A stretch of DNA of 64,000 nucleotides, taken from the NCBI RefSeq assembly GCF_009834535.1, contig NC_045697.1:111416001-111480000 (forward strand), given 5' to 3'. Position 1 is the first letter of the stretch, and each line of letters starts with the position of its first letter. Below are positions 25,590 to 40,334 of this stretch, piece after piece. The position numbers and the translations under genes are program-made. The DNA comes from Camelus ferus. Its lineage: Eukaryota. The notes beneath the pieces are model-generated. The model had not been told where the DNA came from. It ran no database searches and saw nothing but the letters and a program-made list of their open reading frames with translations.

Positions 25590-25820
25590 ACAGGCTGGGC
25601 GGTAAGGAGGTCTGGGTTCCAATTCAGTCTCCTCTGCTTCCTCTGCGAAACCTTGGGCAGGTTACATCACCTCTCTGTGCCTCGGTTTCCTAATATGTTA
25701 AATAGAGATAATGCCTGTACCTGATTCCCGAAATATTTTGAGAGATTATAATTTTATTTTATTTATTGCTTTATCTCCAGCATCTAGAATTGTGCCTGGT
25801 ATGAGAAGTGCTTACTACTG
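25590..25820 (+). mobile_element. MIR SINE
   Basis: Core 'ccttgggcaggttacatcacctctctgtgcctcggtttcc'. Confidence 0.75.
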
Positions 25821-28800
25821 TTAATATTAATTTGAAAATTATAAAAGACTAGGTAATTGAAAGGTGTCACTATGACTATAAAATGTATTTAATGTCAACA
25901 ATTTTCCCCACCGACTATTGTACTTAAAAAAAATCCACAATCTCTGTTGACAGCACATCTGTTCTTTTACACATAAAAGTAAGTTGACATCCTTCTCCTT
26001 TGTTTCTTCCTTAACTTTTCTACAATGTGCTTTACTCTTTCAAACAAAACCTCTTCTTTGAATGCATTTGTAAACCCTATGTTTCAGGCGGGCTGGGGCC
26101 CAAGTGCCCTCTAAAATCACCTGAACCTCCTGTGCATGTGGACAGATGATGTCCACTAGGAAAAGCTGTCCCTTGCATGGACATTTAAGACCTTTACAGG
26201 ACAAACTAGCTCAGCCACTTGCTGTACCAGAAGGAGGAATGATTATTAAAAAAAAAAGATGATTCTGCTGTGGACGCAAACTGTTTTCATTTTCAAAGAG
26301 AGGGATTCATTCCCGTGGAGGAATTTAGAGACACTTGGACCCACTCTCCCAGACACTGCTTTTCTCCCCACTCCCTCCAGTAAAGAGAGGTTTTCTCCTC
26401 AGACCATCAGCCACAGGTGAAGTGCTTCATCTAGCAGAACCAGAATCCACTGAACAATTTACCATATACAGTAATAAGAGTAGACTCTACACTTTGAATA
26501 AAATTATTGCATTTGATCAGATCAACAAAATGTGTCTGCCGTGTATCCCACACCCTGACAGGTATCTAGATTCCCATGAGAAAGGGGCTCCACGCACATC
26601 ACAAGGTTTCCAAGTGTACTATAAAGAATTAGAATCCAGTGGCCAGACCTATGAAAAGAGGAGAAAGCTGGTTTCTATCTTCAGGCAATGGAGAATAAGG
26701 AAGGGAAGGGCCGTTCATTGATCAAGGCTGCTCTTGGCCAATCAGTTAGCAATTTCTATGACATCGACTGACCAACTGCATAGAATGTCAAGTGGATTCC
26801 ACCAGGTGGTTGGCTGTGAGCTCCAGGATGAGATAAACTCAACCAAACAAGGATCATGGGAAGTTGAGGGGAAGGAGTGGGAAGGAGGCAGGAGATGGGG
26901 GGAGGGAGCAAAGGGAGGGAGAAAGGGAAAAGGAATCGAAGATGGGGAGGATGGAGGAAAACACTGACCAAGAAAGTCCATTTTTCTATAAACAAGTACT
27001 GACAGCATTTCTCTTATGTGACTTCAAAAAAAAACAAAAAACAAAAAACCTCCCTTTCTAATAACACATCTTTGTTTCAATCATTTGACAGAGGAGGAAA
27101 AAAGAGGGGAAATTTTCCCTCTAGAGAGGAAAAAGGCCAACTCTCCGAAACTATGAGCTAAATTTTTATCTTAAAAATAGCAGAGTGGTCAAGATCCCCT
27201 AAGGTAATATTGAAATAATCGCTCCCCTGTTTCCTTCAGGTCTGAATGGCTGTGTAATGTCCTCCAGTCACCACTCTCCTGGTTCTGTACTCATCTCCCA
27301 GTGCAGTCAGGAAATTGCCTGTGACACCCCCAAACCAGGCTTTCTGCTGAACTGCTGGCCTTCAGCATCCACAGAAAGGGAACCCCAACACACACACACT
27401 CACACTCACGCTCACGTACCTAAGAGGCATGGCAGCACCATAAATGAAAAGAAGTTTAGAGCAAGATTTTCTCATTCTCTAAACTAATCCCAGGTTTTCA
27501 ACTAAGCCTTTAAAATGTCTTCTAATAAGTTATTTCACCTTCCATTTTTGGAAAGGAACAAATGTGAAGACAAATTTGGTCCACTCCCCATTGTTATCTT
27601 TTCTTTCTTTCATTCTTTCTTTTAAATGGCTATAAGCTTATAAAAAACCTCTGCCTCTTAAATCAAGTAGTACTGAGATTCTATTTTAGCACCTTTTGGT
27701 ATGACAAGATTCTAAATGTGTAATAAAAATAAATCTCCATTAATAGCTAGGTCTTGGCAGCCGAAAGAGGGACTGGTTTCTTGTTTACTCACCCAGTGAG
27801 GATATGGGTTCCACTTTGGGCACAGCGTGAACAGGACTATTAATCATCAGGTGGCATCAAAAAGGGGTCAGTTCATAGCTCTGGGCTTCAATGGCTATTT
27901 TTTTGACACTTCATAAATTGAAGTTGTTCTTCTGAGTGAATTATTCGTACAGTTCAAGACCAATCTATTAAGATCTCTGATTTTTAAAATTAACTAATTA
28001 AAAAGCCTTGTATAGAAAGAGGTTGACAGAGAGAGGAATAATTGGTACACAATGCTGAGATTCTGTAAACCACATTAGTACGGATTCTGCAGTGAATTTA
28101 CAGAACTCTGCAATATGGAGGTTACTGGGTGAGCATAAAGTCTAAATAAACTAGATGTAAAACAATTCAATAAAGACTGGCCCATCCAGGTTTGCTGCAG
28201 GATGAGATCACCACGGTATTTCACAGCTTCTTGGAATAGCATTGACATAGTGCTGGGTTTTTTTAGATATACTATTTTAGTATTTTCTTTATCAAGATTT
28301 CATTTGTACTTTGAAAGACTGAAAGCCAAAAAGAATCATCAAATTAAATCCATTCCTTATTTTTGGCTCTCAGAAATGGCACCAATTCACTGAACCAGAC
28401 TGTGTAGAGGGGTCAAACTAGCCTCACTCATGTTAACTTTCCTGATTCAGTCTCGTAATCCGGCAGCTCCCTCTGCACTCCTCCATCAACCACTCCAAAC
28501 CTCCCCCACCACCACCGCGATGAGCTTTCCCAAGCACTCAAGAGCTCAGCTGCTCTATTTGTGACAGAACAAACTCAAGAAAGGATAGTTCTGCTCTGTG
28601 ATTTCACCAATTAGAGTCAAAGGCTTGAGATTATCCATGAACAAATCCATTCCCATAATCTCCTACAGGAACTTATTCCAACCATCTAATCAGAATTAAC
28701 ATCTCCTTCCTCTATGCCCTCTTCGCCCTTTGTAACCATTGTTGATTTTATATTATTTTCTCTCCAGTCCCCTATGTCCCCACTCAAAGCTTTCTGAGAA

Positions 28801-28838
28801 TCAGGAATCATACACAGGGCAGTCATGACAGGATCTCA

Positions 28839-29025
28839 CGATGGCTCTCAAAGTGTGGTCCCTGGACCAGCGGCATCAGCATCCCTGGAAACCTGTTAGA
28901 AATGCAAAATGTCAGGTCCCAAACGAGACTTACTGAATCAGAAACTCAAGGGGTGGGGCCCAGCACCTACATTTCAACAAGTCCTCTAGGCGATTTGGAT
29001 GCAGAATCAAGTTTGAGAACCTCTG
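28839..29025. mobile_element. MER5A hAT-Charlie MITE (full length)
   Basis: 'ctctcaaagtgtggtccctggaccagcggcatcagcatc...gttagaaatgcaaa...tactgaatcagaaactc...aagtttgagaacctctg'. Confidence 0.9.
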
Positions 29026-29756
29026 GTGTATTTGAACAGGTCTGGGGTTTTAGAAGGAGACAATCTAAGGGTTTTAATCCCTACTATACCACTGACGACA
29101 TTAAGCAAGTCATCTGACATCTCTGAGTTGCCTCTCCTCATCTCTGAATATTATACAATAAGTCCTCAGTAAATAGTACTATCTTTATATTTTGTGTCTT
29201 TGAGCTCTGGTGCCCAGTGAACACTGTGAAAATACTTTGCCCTCTGTACTTACTTAACTGAACAAAACGAACTGAATGGAATGAGAATAGACACAACCAC
29301 TGGGAACAAAACGGCAAGGTATCTGCAAGCCAACACCACTGAGAGATACAGATGATGGATAAAGGGGAAAGTCACATAAAACACCAATGGGGAAACATGC
29401 CCGGCCAGTAATCCTGACTGCTCTGTCTCATAGAGACCCTCCTGTCATCTCAAATTCCTACCATATCTTTGCCACAATGAAAATTCCATTCTTTGTTAAA
29501 GATAAATATCCCATCACTCTCCCACATCCTGCCATACTCACTGGGAATAAGTTATGGTTCCCATGTAAACCTCATGCTATAGCAATTATTTGCTAAATAA
29601 CTCTTCTCAGTTGGAAATAAATAACTTTCCTCTCATATGATACTCTGGGATTTAGAGAAGTTTGTCCTCACAGAGTTATCCCTGACACCTGGGGAAACCA
29701 GTAAAACCCATTTGTGACAGGTGGAACTTTTGTGGAGGAGGGTTATTTCCTAAGAG

Positions 29757-31020
29757 AATAGTCTTCCATAAACGGTGCTGGGACAACTGGATATCCATCT
29801 TGGAAGTTAGACCCCTATCTTACAGCATATACAAATTACCTCAAAGTGGATCAAAGACCAAAGTAAAAGAGTTAAAACTATGAAACTCTCAGACTAAAAT
29901 AGAGGTATAAATCTTTGTGACCCTGGATTAGGCAACAGTTTCTTAGATACAACACCAAGAATACAAGGAACAAAAGATAAAATAGGTAAATTGGATTACA
30001 TCAAAATTTAAAACATTTGGGTTTCAAACACCATCAAAAAGGTAAAAAGACAAGCCACAGAATAGGAGTAAAAGTTTCCATATCATAGGTCTGAGGATGG
30101 ACTCGATTCCAGAATATATAAAGAAATCTTACAACTCAACAATAAAAAGACAAATAGCCCAATCAAAAATGGGCAAAAGATTTGAAAAGACATTTCTCCG
30201 AAGAAGACATGCCTATGGCCAACGAGCACATGAAAAGATGCTCAGCATCACTAGCCATTAGAGAAACGCAAACCAAATAGCAGTGAGATACCATTTCACA
30301 CCCAGGATGGCCATGTGAAAATGACAGGAAATACCAAAGTCAGGAGGACAGGGAAAAACTGGAATCTTCATGGACGAATGGCAGGTAGGAAAGTAAAGTG
30401 GTGCAGCCACTTTGGAAAACAGTCTGGCATTCCTAGAAATGTTAAGCAAAGAATTCAACATGACCCAGTGATTTCTCTGCTAGGAAAATACCCCAAAGAA
30501 ATGACCACACATGCCCACAGGAAAAACTGGTCCATGAATGTTCACAGCAGCATTGTTCAAAATCATCAAAAAGTGGAAGACAATCCAATTGTCTATCACC
30601 TGGTGAATGGGTAAGTTGTGGACTATCCATATAAAGAAATATTATTTGGCAATGAGACTGAATTATATACTGACACCCTCTCCAACATGAATGAATCCTG
30701 AGAACATTACCATGCTACATCAAAGAAGCCAGTAACAAAAGACCACATATCGTATGATCCCATGGATACGAAGTACCTAGAACAGGCAAATCTAGAGACA
30801 AACCTCCACTCTGTGGTTGCTGAGGGCTGGTGGGGAAAGGTGGGGAGGAAGCGGGGAAATGGAGAATGACTGCTGATGGTTACAGAGCTCCTCATCACAG
30901 TGATGAAAATGCTCTAAAAGTGACGGCGCTGATGGCTGCACAGCACGGGGAATACACTAAAACCACTGAGTTTTACCCTGTAATGGGTGAATTGTTCAGC
31001 TGTGATTATCTATCACAACA
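29757..31020 (+). mobile_element. L1MB-type L1, ORF2 3' part and 3'UTR
   Basis: 'ggtgctgggacaactggatatcc', 'aaagacatttctccgaagaagac', 'gcagccactttggaaaacagtctggca', 'aacaggcaaatctagagaca', 'gatgaaaatgctctaaa'. Confidence 0.9.
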
Positions 31021-33477
31021 AACAAAACTTACTGTAATAAATACACTGTAATAATAATAATAGCAAAGATTTTCAGCCATGAAAATAAAAGAAGCAAGTT
31101 TTAGGATACAGCATTTAGGACAGTCATTAGAACATGATTCTCAAATCTCGGAAGAAACTTCGAAGTCAGTTCAATTATACTCTTGATTATAATGTATCAC
31201 AAAAAATCAAAAGAACAGATGAAAATGCGATTGGAAGCGTGAATTACAAGGGGCTATTGACCTCCTCTGTTCAGGTTATTAGCAAACCAGGAAACAAAAC
31301 CCCCAGGGCATCTACTGTAGATTTAAATTTTGTTCAACCATTAAATCATTGTCATATTAATAGTAATGGCAAGATTTTGGAGCTGGAGCCCTAGGTGTCT
31401 ATTTCAACTCCCAGATTTTACAAAAATAGACTTCTCCAACATTCTTCATACCATGCCACACAACTTCCCCACCAGTATGCAAACATTAGTTTTTATTTAA
31501 CGCATTTCTAGTAAGTTGTCTTCTGGAACACATGTTTCATGGCCTCAATTATGCAGACATTTTTATCTTAAATGCCTTACACCGTCTTCTTTTCAAGCTT
31601 AGCTCACTTGAACCTTTGCTGTAATGGTAGGTGGTGATGGGTTCCTTTGTGATAGACGCACATCATAAACCACTCACCCTTCAGCTTTTTCCTTTTAATG
31701 CCTTGTCTAAATAGGTACACAGAACTATGAAAGGATCAAGCAGTAATCTAAATACTCTTCATAATCACCATTCATTTTTAGTTCTTTCCCTGTGCTAGTC
31801 TTTTTAAATCTGAGCTCAAATTTGGTGTCTCTGCACTTCTGTTCAGGACCAAGTATTTCCCAACGTCTGCTCGTTTCGAATCTTGAAAAGAGGAGGAAGT
31901 CTGGTGATTTCCATTCCAGATTTCAAGACAATAATTGTTGCAAAGAAAAAGAAAAAATGTTACAAGAATTTTTAAAGACATAGGCAGTTTTCTCCTTTCC
32001 ATTCTTCACCTTGCCAAATTTCTTAGCTTCCATATTGAAGCCTTCCTCTTCAGTAGAGATAATCTTTCTGTGATACGTTTGAAAGTTTATATCTGAATTC
32101 ACATGGTATCATGTAACAGGCCAGAATCACGTAAGGTACAAACATCCCCAACAGTGAATTATGTATCAGGAGAAGTCTCTGTACCTATGAGAATCATAAA
32201 GGCATCACAAAAGGAACCAACCATTTACAGAGGTCATGCAAAATCTGAAGAAGCAAGTTAACATCTAAGTAAATAGTGGATGAACAAGGCTGAAAACGTT
32301 CGCCCTCATTATGATTAACACATTTTCCTTCTCTATCACAAATAGATTGACTCAAAACAATCGTATCATGTTCTATAAAAAAGCCTTACTAAATCTTTAA
32401 TAAATATATCCTATTGATGAAAATGAAGTTACATTCTTCCAAAGAACTGATACCAAAAATGAAATAATCTATAGATTTATCACCTTCCCCTACCTAGTGT
32501 TTCCTCTTTATCCCTTTGTCACCACCCTCTTCTACGTCCTCATAGAATTATGCCACTGGTATTTCAACAGCCTCCTGGCCATCCTCTCTGCGCTCACTTT
32601 TAATACATCTGTCTTGATGATAAATTAAGTAATTGTACTGAAACACCACTTCTTATAGTCACCCTTATACTTAAAAGCCCACAGAAGCCCCTATTACCCA
32701 CCACCGTATCTAAGTGTCTCTGTCCAGTTTTCAGGGTCTCATATATTGTGGTACTACCCAGTCTTTTCAAAGACATTTCCAGTTCCCCCAAACATGGACC
32801 TGCCTCTACTCAGACAGATGAGTATTTCACATCTCATCAAGACAGGAAATTCAGGAGGAGTATAAGGGTTGGAGAATCATAACAATCCTCATTATTTATT
32901 AAATGATGTTGTATACCGTGAACTATGTAAAACTTGGTACCCGTGCTATCTCACTCTCTCCCCACACAAACCACGTGTGATAGATTTCCTGATGTGACAG
33001 AATGAACATTAAGCCCAGAGAAATTAAGTATCTTCTGCAAGGTCTCTAAGCACAGCTGACAATCTGTCTGTCTTACCCCAACACTCAAATTCTTGCCCAC
33101 ATGTTAAACTTCTCTTACAGTGAAAGTGTCCACTAGACAGATGAATGTGCAAATCTGAAGCTCAAGGGGAGAAACCAGAGCTATATTTTGCAGTCTTTGG
33201 CCTACAGTTTGCTACAGCTGTCTCTATGAGTGAGCTTGTCCACAAAGAATGGCTTATGCAAGAAAGAGAAAGAAGAGAGAAAAACAAGAACAGAACTCTG
33301 AGCAATGCCACCACTTAAAGGGTGGAGAGAAGAAAAAGAGACCTCAAGAAAGACTCGGAAGATATGAGGAGAGCCAGGAGAGTCATCCAGCACAAGTCAA
33401 AGAAAAGGAATTTAAAATTAAACTAGGTCAAGTAAGATAAAGTTGAAAACCGCTCACTGGAATTGTTGGCTAAGAGC

Positions 33478-33600
33478 TAGGGTGACTCAGAATGTACCAT
33501 CCAAACCTGAAGTTTTGAGAAAGGAAGAGGGCTCTATTAATAAACACCCCAGGACCACAGAATCTCGTCCCCATGCAAACCAGGACACAAGGACACCCTG
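33478..33600. mobile_element. MER81-like hAT-Blackjack MITE inserted in an L2 fragment
   Basis: Termini TAGGGTGAC ... GACACCCTG and internal 'ctattaataa'. L2-like sequence lies on both sides (33110-33740). Confidence 0.65.
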
Positions 33601-33769
33601 TTAAGAAGTCACCAGGGCCCTTCATGCCAACAATTTCAACAGAGAGACGCAGTCAAGCCACACTGCCATGCGTTTGGAATGAATGTTCAATGAAGAGGTG
33701 GAGAGAGAAGATTAGTCTTTCAAGAACCTTGGTTTGACTGATGGGTAACAGAACATTAGTGTTGGAGGG

Positions 33770-34430
33770 GCATCCACCCTCCACTCACTCCTTCTTCCTC
33801 TGTCTGGCTCCTGCCTCCCCCAACAGCACCAGTCAACTCCAACCAGCCCACACACATAACCTTTACCAAGTCCTCAGCTTCATCCAACTTCACGGAATCT
33901 GGCATCGTCCTTTGCCTCCAGCCCTTGAAACTCTCTCTTCCCTTGATTTCCACGGCACTGAATTGTATCAATTGTCCCTATTTCTCTGACTACTTCTCTG
34001 CTCTCATCTACCACCTCTAACTTTAAAACCATCAACACATCCTCAGGTTCTGCCCTGAGACACCTTCTCTCCTTTGTTTTCTTTGTCCCATGGTCTCACC
34101 TACAAGCACCACCTTCACCTTCACCAGTCACACAAATGAGTCTGAAATCTTTTCCTCTGTCCTCAAAACTCTCTCCTTAAATAGAAGATCCTCATTTCAA
34201 ATGAAGGACCACCCATCTCTCTCTGGGCGGTTGGTCCACAACACGGCACCAAACCTGTCCAAAATACACATTACTTTCTTCGTAAACCAGCAACCTGTAA
34301 GTTTCCTTTTCTACAAAATGCCAAACAGATGATGTCTAAACCCTCAGCCTGGCATCCAAGGGCATCATGATACAGCTAAAGCCCACCTGTTAAGACTTCG
34401 CTTCCTCTACACACGCAGTAGGCTCTATGC
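33770..34430 (+). mobile_element. L2 fragment
   Basis: Pyrimidine-rich 'ccttgaaactctctcttcccttgatttccacggcac', 'tcctcaggttctgccctg', 'tctaaaccctcagcctggcatccaaggg'. Confidence 0.6.
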
Positions 34431-35852
34431 ACAAAGTGTGCTGTCAGCACTCGATGAACATTATAGGGGAACCCACTCTTAGAGAGGTGGGGTTATAATG
34501 TTAAGGACTACTGCTTCTTCTAGAATTCTTCTAGAATTCTCCCTTTATCTTATGCTGGCTAAGATTCCGGCCAATCGGGCACCACTTTTTCCATTGGGAC
34601 TTCCTGGTATTCCTACTGAATGTCCTCCTCCATTCTTTAATCTCAAACTCAGCTCTGTACTTCTAAGACACTGCCAGCCATTAAGACATATTCTCTCTTG
34701 ACTATCATTAACATGTACAGAACATGGACATTATCCTTCCTACTACATTGGAAGCTCCTTAAAAATAGAGTGTGTCTCTTAACAGATACACAACAGATAT
34801 TCATTATTTAGAATGGATAGTTATTTGTATTACAGATGCATTTGACATCTTTCCACTTCCTACTTGAAAATCCATTATGTTTGTCCCCCTCAAGTGTAAA
34901 AGAAAAACTGACAACTGTTCATGCTCTAACATATTAAACACCCTCAGTAATCACTATTTTAAAAATATATCTCTAACTATATAGTTTATGGACATACCAC
35001 GTGAGAGAACATTTTATCAAATGGGTTCATTTTTAGGTTCATCAAAATGAGTGTGATCATGTAAAGGTGCATATTTAGGCAATTAAATTGGTATAACAGA
35101 AGCAAGCTCAAAAGTAAAGCCCTTTAAAAGTGTCATAGCCTAGAATTATGAATTACTAGTTGGCTATAATAGGCAGTGATCAGAAAGAAAACTTCTTAGT
35201 CACTGATTAGTTAAAACAACTAATGCCAGCAAACCTATTTTTAACACCTCAGTGAATGTCGCCCGGTATTCTTTGTCTAACAGAACTGTACCTTTAATAC
35301 GGCTAATGCCAGATGGTCCCCTCAATAAAAAAAACAGCAGGAGGCAACATATTAATGCTACTCCACAAGCAAGGCTGCAGACGCTCAACCAATGAAATTA
35401 GTCTTCAGTTGCTAAGCCATTCTGTCCCCATGGCAACCCCTCCTTCAGAAAAAATACTGGATTTTCAAGATAAATGGGCCACCCATCTTAAAACTGCAGC
35501 CTCCTCCAAGCTTATGACGACCAGATACTTTAGCTAAAGGAACTGCTTCAGTCTTCTCACTCCTCTCAAATCAGGTCTACCTAGGAAACGCCATTTGCCC
35601 TCCATATAAAGTATTTATTTACACTCAGTTTCTAACTTTACTGATTTACTAGATAAACACACTCCATTTAAAGGTGTGTGTATGTGTGTATGTGCCTCGC
35701 TTGCAGGCTAATCATCCTAAATATTATGACAAATGTTATTGTCTGAGAAATTCTTCACTGGTACATACTCTTAGCAGTTTGATATTAATATTATAATTGA
35801 TTACAGACTAATCAAAGAAGTAAATAATGTGGAAAGACCAGAATGACATTCT

Positions 35853-36090
35853 ATTTTTACTACTGTGTTACAGTCAGTTTACAATGCTGTGTCAATTTCT
35901 GGTGCACAGCACAATGTTTCAGTCACACATATACACACAATTCATTTTCATATTTCATATTCTTGCCCACTATAGGTCACCACAAGATATTGAATATAGT
36001 TCCCAATGCTACTGTATAAAATACTATGTATCTATTTTATATATATAGTGTGTATCTGCAAATCTCCATCTTCCAATTTATCCCCTCCCA
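35853..36090 (-). mobile_element. L1 3' end with perfect 14-bp TSD
   Basis: TSD CAGAATGACATTCT at 35839-35852 and 36091-36104 flanks L1 3'UTR sequence. Confidence 0.92.
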
Positions 36091-36509
36091 CAGAATGACA
36101 TTCTTACTGTTAACTAAGTTACCTAATATGAGTGCTCGAAGTAACATTTAAATCTAATTTCTAATACAGCTCCGTTTTTATGTTGAAATGATCATTTGCC
36201 CCAAGGGAGATGATCTTGTTTTACCTGATGAAAATGCTGAGAATCTGACATGATATTTGGAAATTCATTGTAGAATCAGGGATAGTGGGGTAGAGAAGAG
36301 GCTTACTTTAGAAGCAAGGGGAGAGGGTGTTTTAGAACACGGCAGCGGCTCCCACTCAAACTACATGGCAAGAAGGAGGGTTCTCCAAAAGGAAAGGGAG
36401 AAAAGCAAGAAGAAAGGAAACAGTTCAGAAGAAGGGAATGAAGCAGATGGTGTTCACTGTACTCATTTTTTTGTATTTATTCAACAGTGGAGCTATATAA
36501 ATATATATA

Positions 36510-36695
36510 TTCATATCTTGGTTTTGCAGCTTACAATCTCTCAGATAAGTGAACAAATCACTATTCTTTCTGTGCCTCAACTTCCTAATTTATAGAAAGG
36601 GGGTAATAATAGTACCAACGCCACAGGGGTTGAGGATTAGATGAGTTAAACCTTTGAACAGTGCTTGACATATACTAAGCATTATTTAAGTGTGG
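36510..36695 (+). mobile_element. MIR SINE
   Basis: 'tctgtgcctcaacttcct...gtaataatagtacc...gaggattagatgag...aacagtgcttgacata'. Confidence 0.75.
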
Positions 36696-39600
36696 GGGAA
36701 AATTATATTCATATTATGTTCATAACATTTAAATATTTTTGTATAGCCTTTCCAGTTCATCTTTAAACTTTATCTTCTACCTGACTTGTACTGTTTTTCA
36801 ATGCTTTTTGTCTTCAAGTTTGCCTTACTTCCTTCTTCTATTTAAAACATTCTGTTTCAGTCAATCTTTTTAACCCTCTTTGTTATCCTAACTTCTCATC
36901 CGAGGTTTCCTAATATTTGATGGCTCAGTTTCTATGAGCTATATCAAAGCCACGTTGTAGGAGATACAAAGACGGACAGACAGACCCCAGGTACAAATAG
37001 AGGTTGAGGCTGACACCAGCAGTTCCTACACCACGCAGGTCAGCTCAGCCCAGCTGAAGATGACTTCAGGAACTCACTCAGAAGTGGGATGCAATTTATC
37101 TCCCAGAAACCAAAAACCTCACTGTGCAAACAACACACCTGATGACCTGCAAAGAGATTTTTCCATGAAAATTGTGTTATATTTGAAATTTTAGCAGAAG
37201 AGCACACTGCACACAGACACACACACACACGTTCTCTCCTACTTTTCCTTTCAAGGGAAGAGAAAAGAGAGGGCAAAGTAAATGGAACATCTTTGGGGTA
37301 CCTCCTTTTCGTGGGGAGAAAAAGTTGCAATGGTCTTAGAATAACTGACTGGATAAAAGTCAATCTAGTTTTTTATTTACTTAAGAGAACAGAGGACTCT
37401 TCTTCCCCTGGGAACTTCCCCAATCCTCTGGCCCATACACGTGACTGGGGTGTCCCTCTGCTTCTGACTGACTTCAGGCACCCATGGGCCTTGTGTGTCC
37501 CGGGCTGGTGTTCTCTAGGGTTTAACACTTCCCCGGGGGTCTGTCCAGTTCTCCGTAATGTCTTGGAATGGCATCGAATGCACAACATTCATGATTTCAA
37601 GTTTTATCCTGAGCTGTCTATTTAGCTTCTAAGCTGGAGATATACTTAACCAAAAGCAAGAAACATGAAATCTGATTCACACTCTTTTCTTTTCCTTCTA
37701 ATCCATTTATATAAGAGAACTTGGAAAACAATGCTAAAAAGTCACTTTTTATTAGTCTGGCAAAGAAATGGCTGCTAATAAAACTGCCCAGTCAAATGAT
37801 CATCAGTATTACTCACTGAGCCCTGATGCACACAGAACTCTCACCCCCAACCCCCACCCCGACACCTGATCAGGTCAGGACTCCCACTCTTCCTGAACGC
37901 CCAAAGGTTATGACCATGCACAGACCAGATGGGGAATTAAAGCAATTATCAGAATCATTCAGACCAAATACTCTCACCTGGAATTAATATGGTCATCAAA
38001 GGGCAAGTTAAAGGGTAACCAAATTAACTATGAAATTACCTTGTCATTTCACTGTGTCATTAGCCCACTTCCTGCTCCTGAGAACACAGCCTTCTCACAC
38101 AAACATCAGCCTGAAGACCTGGGCTTTTTTTTTTTGCTTGCCTGTATCCTGACTATAAATTAACTGTCGAGTTTATCATCTAATCATCTTGGTAGAGTTT
38201 CTCATATGGCCAAAACAAAACAAAAATTTCACCCGTATTTTATATATTCTTTAATTCTTACAATAATGCATTCCACTATTTTCTGTACAATAACTTAAGG
38301 AGGCACTTATTCCAGGGGTAGTTTCTATACATATTTACTCTCTTAATACAGGCTATTTGTTAGGTATGCAATATAATAATTCTTAGACCACTGTAATGTT
38401 TTCTAAAACATTTACAAATGTGGAAATAAAGTTCTTTAAGAAACAGTATGCTGATTGTTGGCTTGGAAAAAATCTCAACAAATACGTAATCCTCTTTAGC
38501 ACAAGTAACTTTTTTTTTGCATTAAAATTTAACGTATGACCAGGTCAACACAAGTACTATTTTCTGAAAGGAAACCTCAACCAATTTCAGTTATTTATAT
38601 TCCATGCCCCTCATCTCCATCAACACATGATTCATTGTGCTTGGCGAGCACAAACCTCTAACTGGCCTTATAAACCGTGACCCCGAGGCCCTCTCCCAGT
38701 GTTACACTCTCCTGGGATTGGGATCCCAACTTGGAAAACACAAGCCAAGAATCTGGTATTTCACTGCAGATGATCAGGGAGATGGGAGTTGCCTGGCTGA
38801 CATTCCAAAAAAATTGCCTTTGTGTATTCTAAGGAGCGCTGTTGTATACAGCGTGTATCTGATCCTTGTGAATAAGTTCTTGTTTTGTAACTTATACGTA
38901 ACTGCCCTTCCTTGGACAACCTCCAGTTTTGCCAATCCTGAAGCAAGATTTGAGTACTCCAACCCACCTCCCGAAGTCATCCACTACACAAAGCATCACA
39001 GAGCATAGAAGATTCTGTGCGGCCTCCATTCAGCACGTCTGTGATCCCCAAGGTTCTCGTAAGCCACCAGTCACTAAGTCTTTCTCTCCCTCCCTGACCC
39101 CCCACCCAGCCTCTGAAAATACGTCTCGCCTTGTGATTCAAGTTAGCCCATTCCTCAGCCCCGAAGGCCCAGCCCTCAAAAGTGTTCCTCAGAACAGTCT
39201 CAACAAAAGCATGTTTCTTCCTAGAGAGAGGACTCTATTGCCAAGAAAAACGTTATTTTCTGTACATACTTCAGTGTGCTGAAGTGATTTATTTCAATCC
39301 TTTCCAGATTTTTTGCCAGTCACAACACTCTCCCGCCACCAGCCCCTGCCCCTCCACCTCGAAACCCCTGCCCGTAACAGCACATGCGTCAGGAACCTCT
39401 GCTGGAAGGAACTGAAAACACACTGATAAGTCACATTCCTGTACACTCCCACAGACTTCAGTCCCTGGAAATAAGTCACAACCCTCAACGGCCACAGAAG
39501 AAATAGTTATGTTTATCCCCCATCTGTATACATTGCTGGGGAATATTCTGGAAAGAATGCCCAACTTCCTGTATCAGGAAATGGGTTCTAGGCCTCCGAG

Positions 39601-40277
39601 GTTACACAGCTCAGGCAGGTTGTTTAAAATCTCTCTGAAGCTCAATTTATTCATCTATAAAATAACCGTGTTCTTTCCAGCTAAGGAAAACTATAATTCA
39701 GTGTTTCACAAATTCCACGTAACACTAATGAGGACTGAGTTTAACGTTAAGGAGTAATTCAAAATAAATTTACCCTATTCAAAAACTGTGTAACTGGAAA
39801 AATTAGTTAAATACTAAAATATTTCTGCATAGTGGATCTCTCTCTCAAAAGCATCTGACAAATTACGTGATCATTTTTCAAGTGTTGGACAAAAGCAGCT
39901 GGATGAATGTTCTGGAGTGGCCGCCACACGGGGAGAAGAGCTGTGGGCTGTGTTCTCCTTCTAGAACTCGGGCGACAGCACTGTTTTGTGGTGGTTCTTG
40001 TTTTGTTGGTAAATATAGTTTTTGAAACACATAATCAAAATAGGACACTAAATGAGTTGCATATAACTGCTGGATATTGGCCTAAAAAAATTAAACCTAC
40101 TTGACATCTTTTTACTCTAGGACTTCTAGAAAGTGTTCGGTAATAGTTACCCAGAGGGGGAAAGAATTGGTAATCAACTATTGCCTGTTACAACATAATG
40201 CGTACTACATGCTTAATATACTTACAATTATATGACATGTAATCATATCATTTTAAATGCTTTATAACCATATCATT

Positions 40278-40334
40278 ATATATACGTGTATGTATGTATA
40301 CATATGTATGTGTGTGTGTGTGTGTGTGTGTGTA
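40278..40334. repeat. (TA/TG)n compound microsatellite
   Basis: Direct reading; pure (TG)n run ~40309-40333. Confidence 0.9.

Noticed and set aside
26335..26721. 128-aa ORF, and similar 100-160 aa ORFs at 38637, 50022, 63088 and 63321
   Set aside because: No recognisable homology or splice context; consistent with chance ORFs in non-coding DNA.
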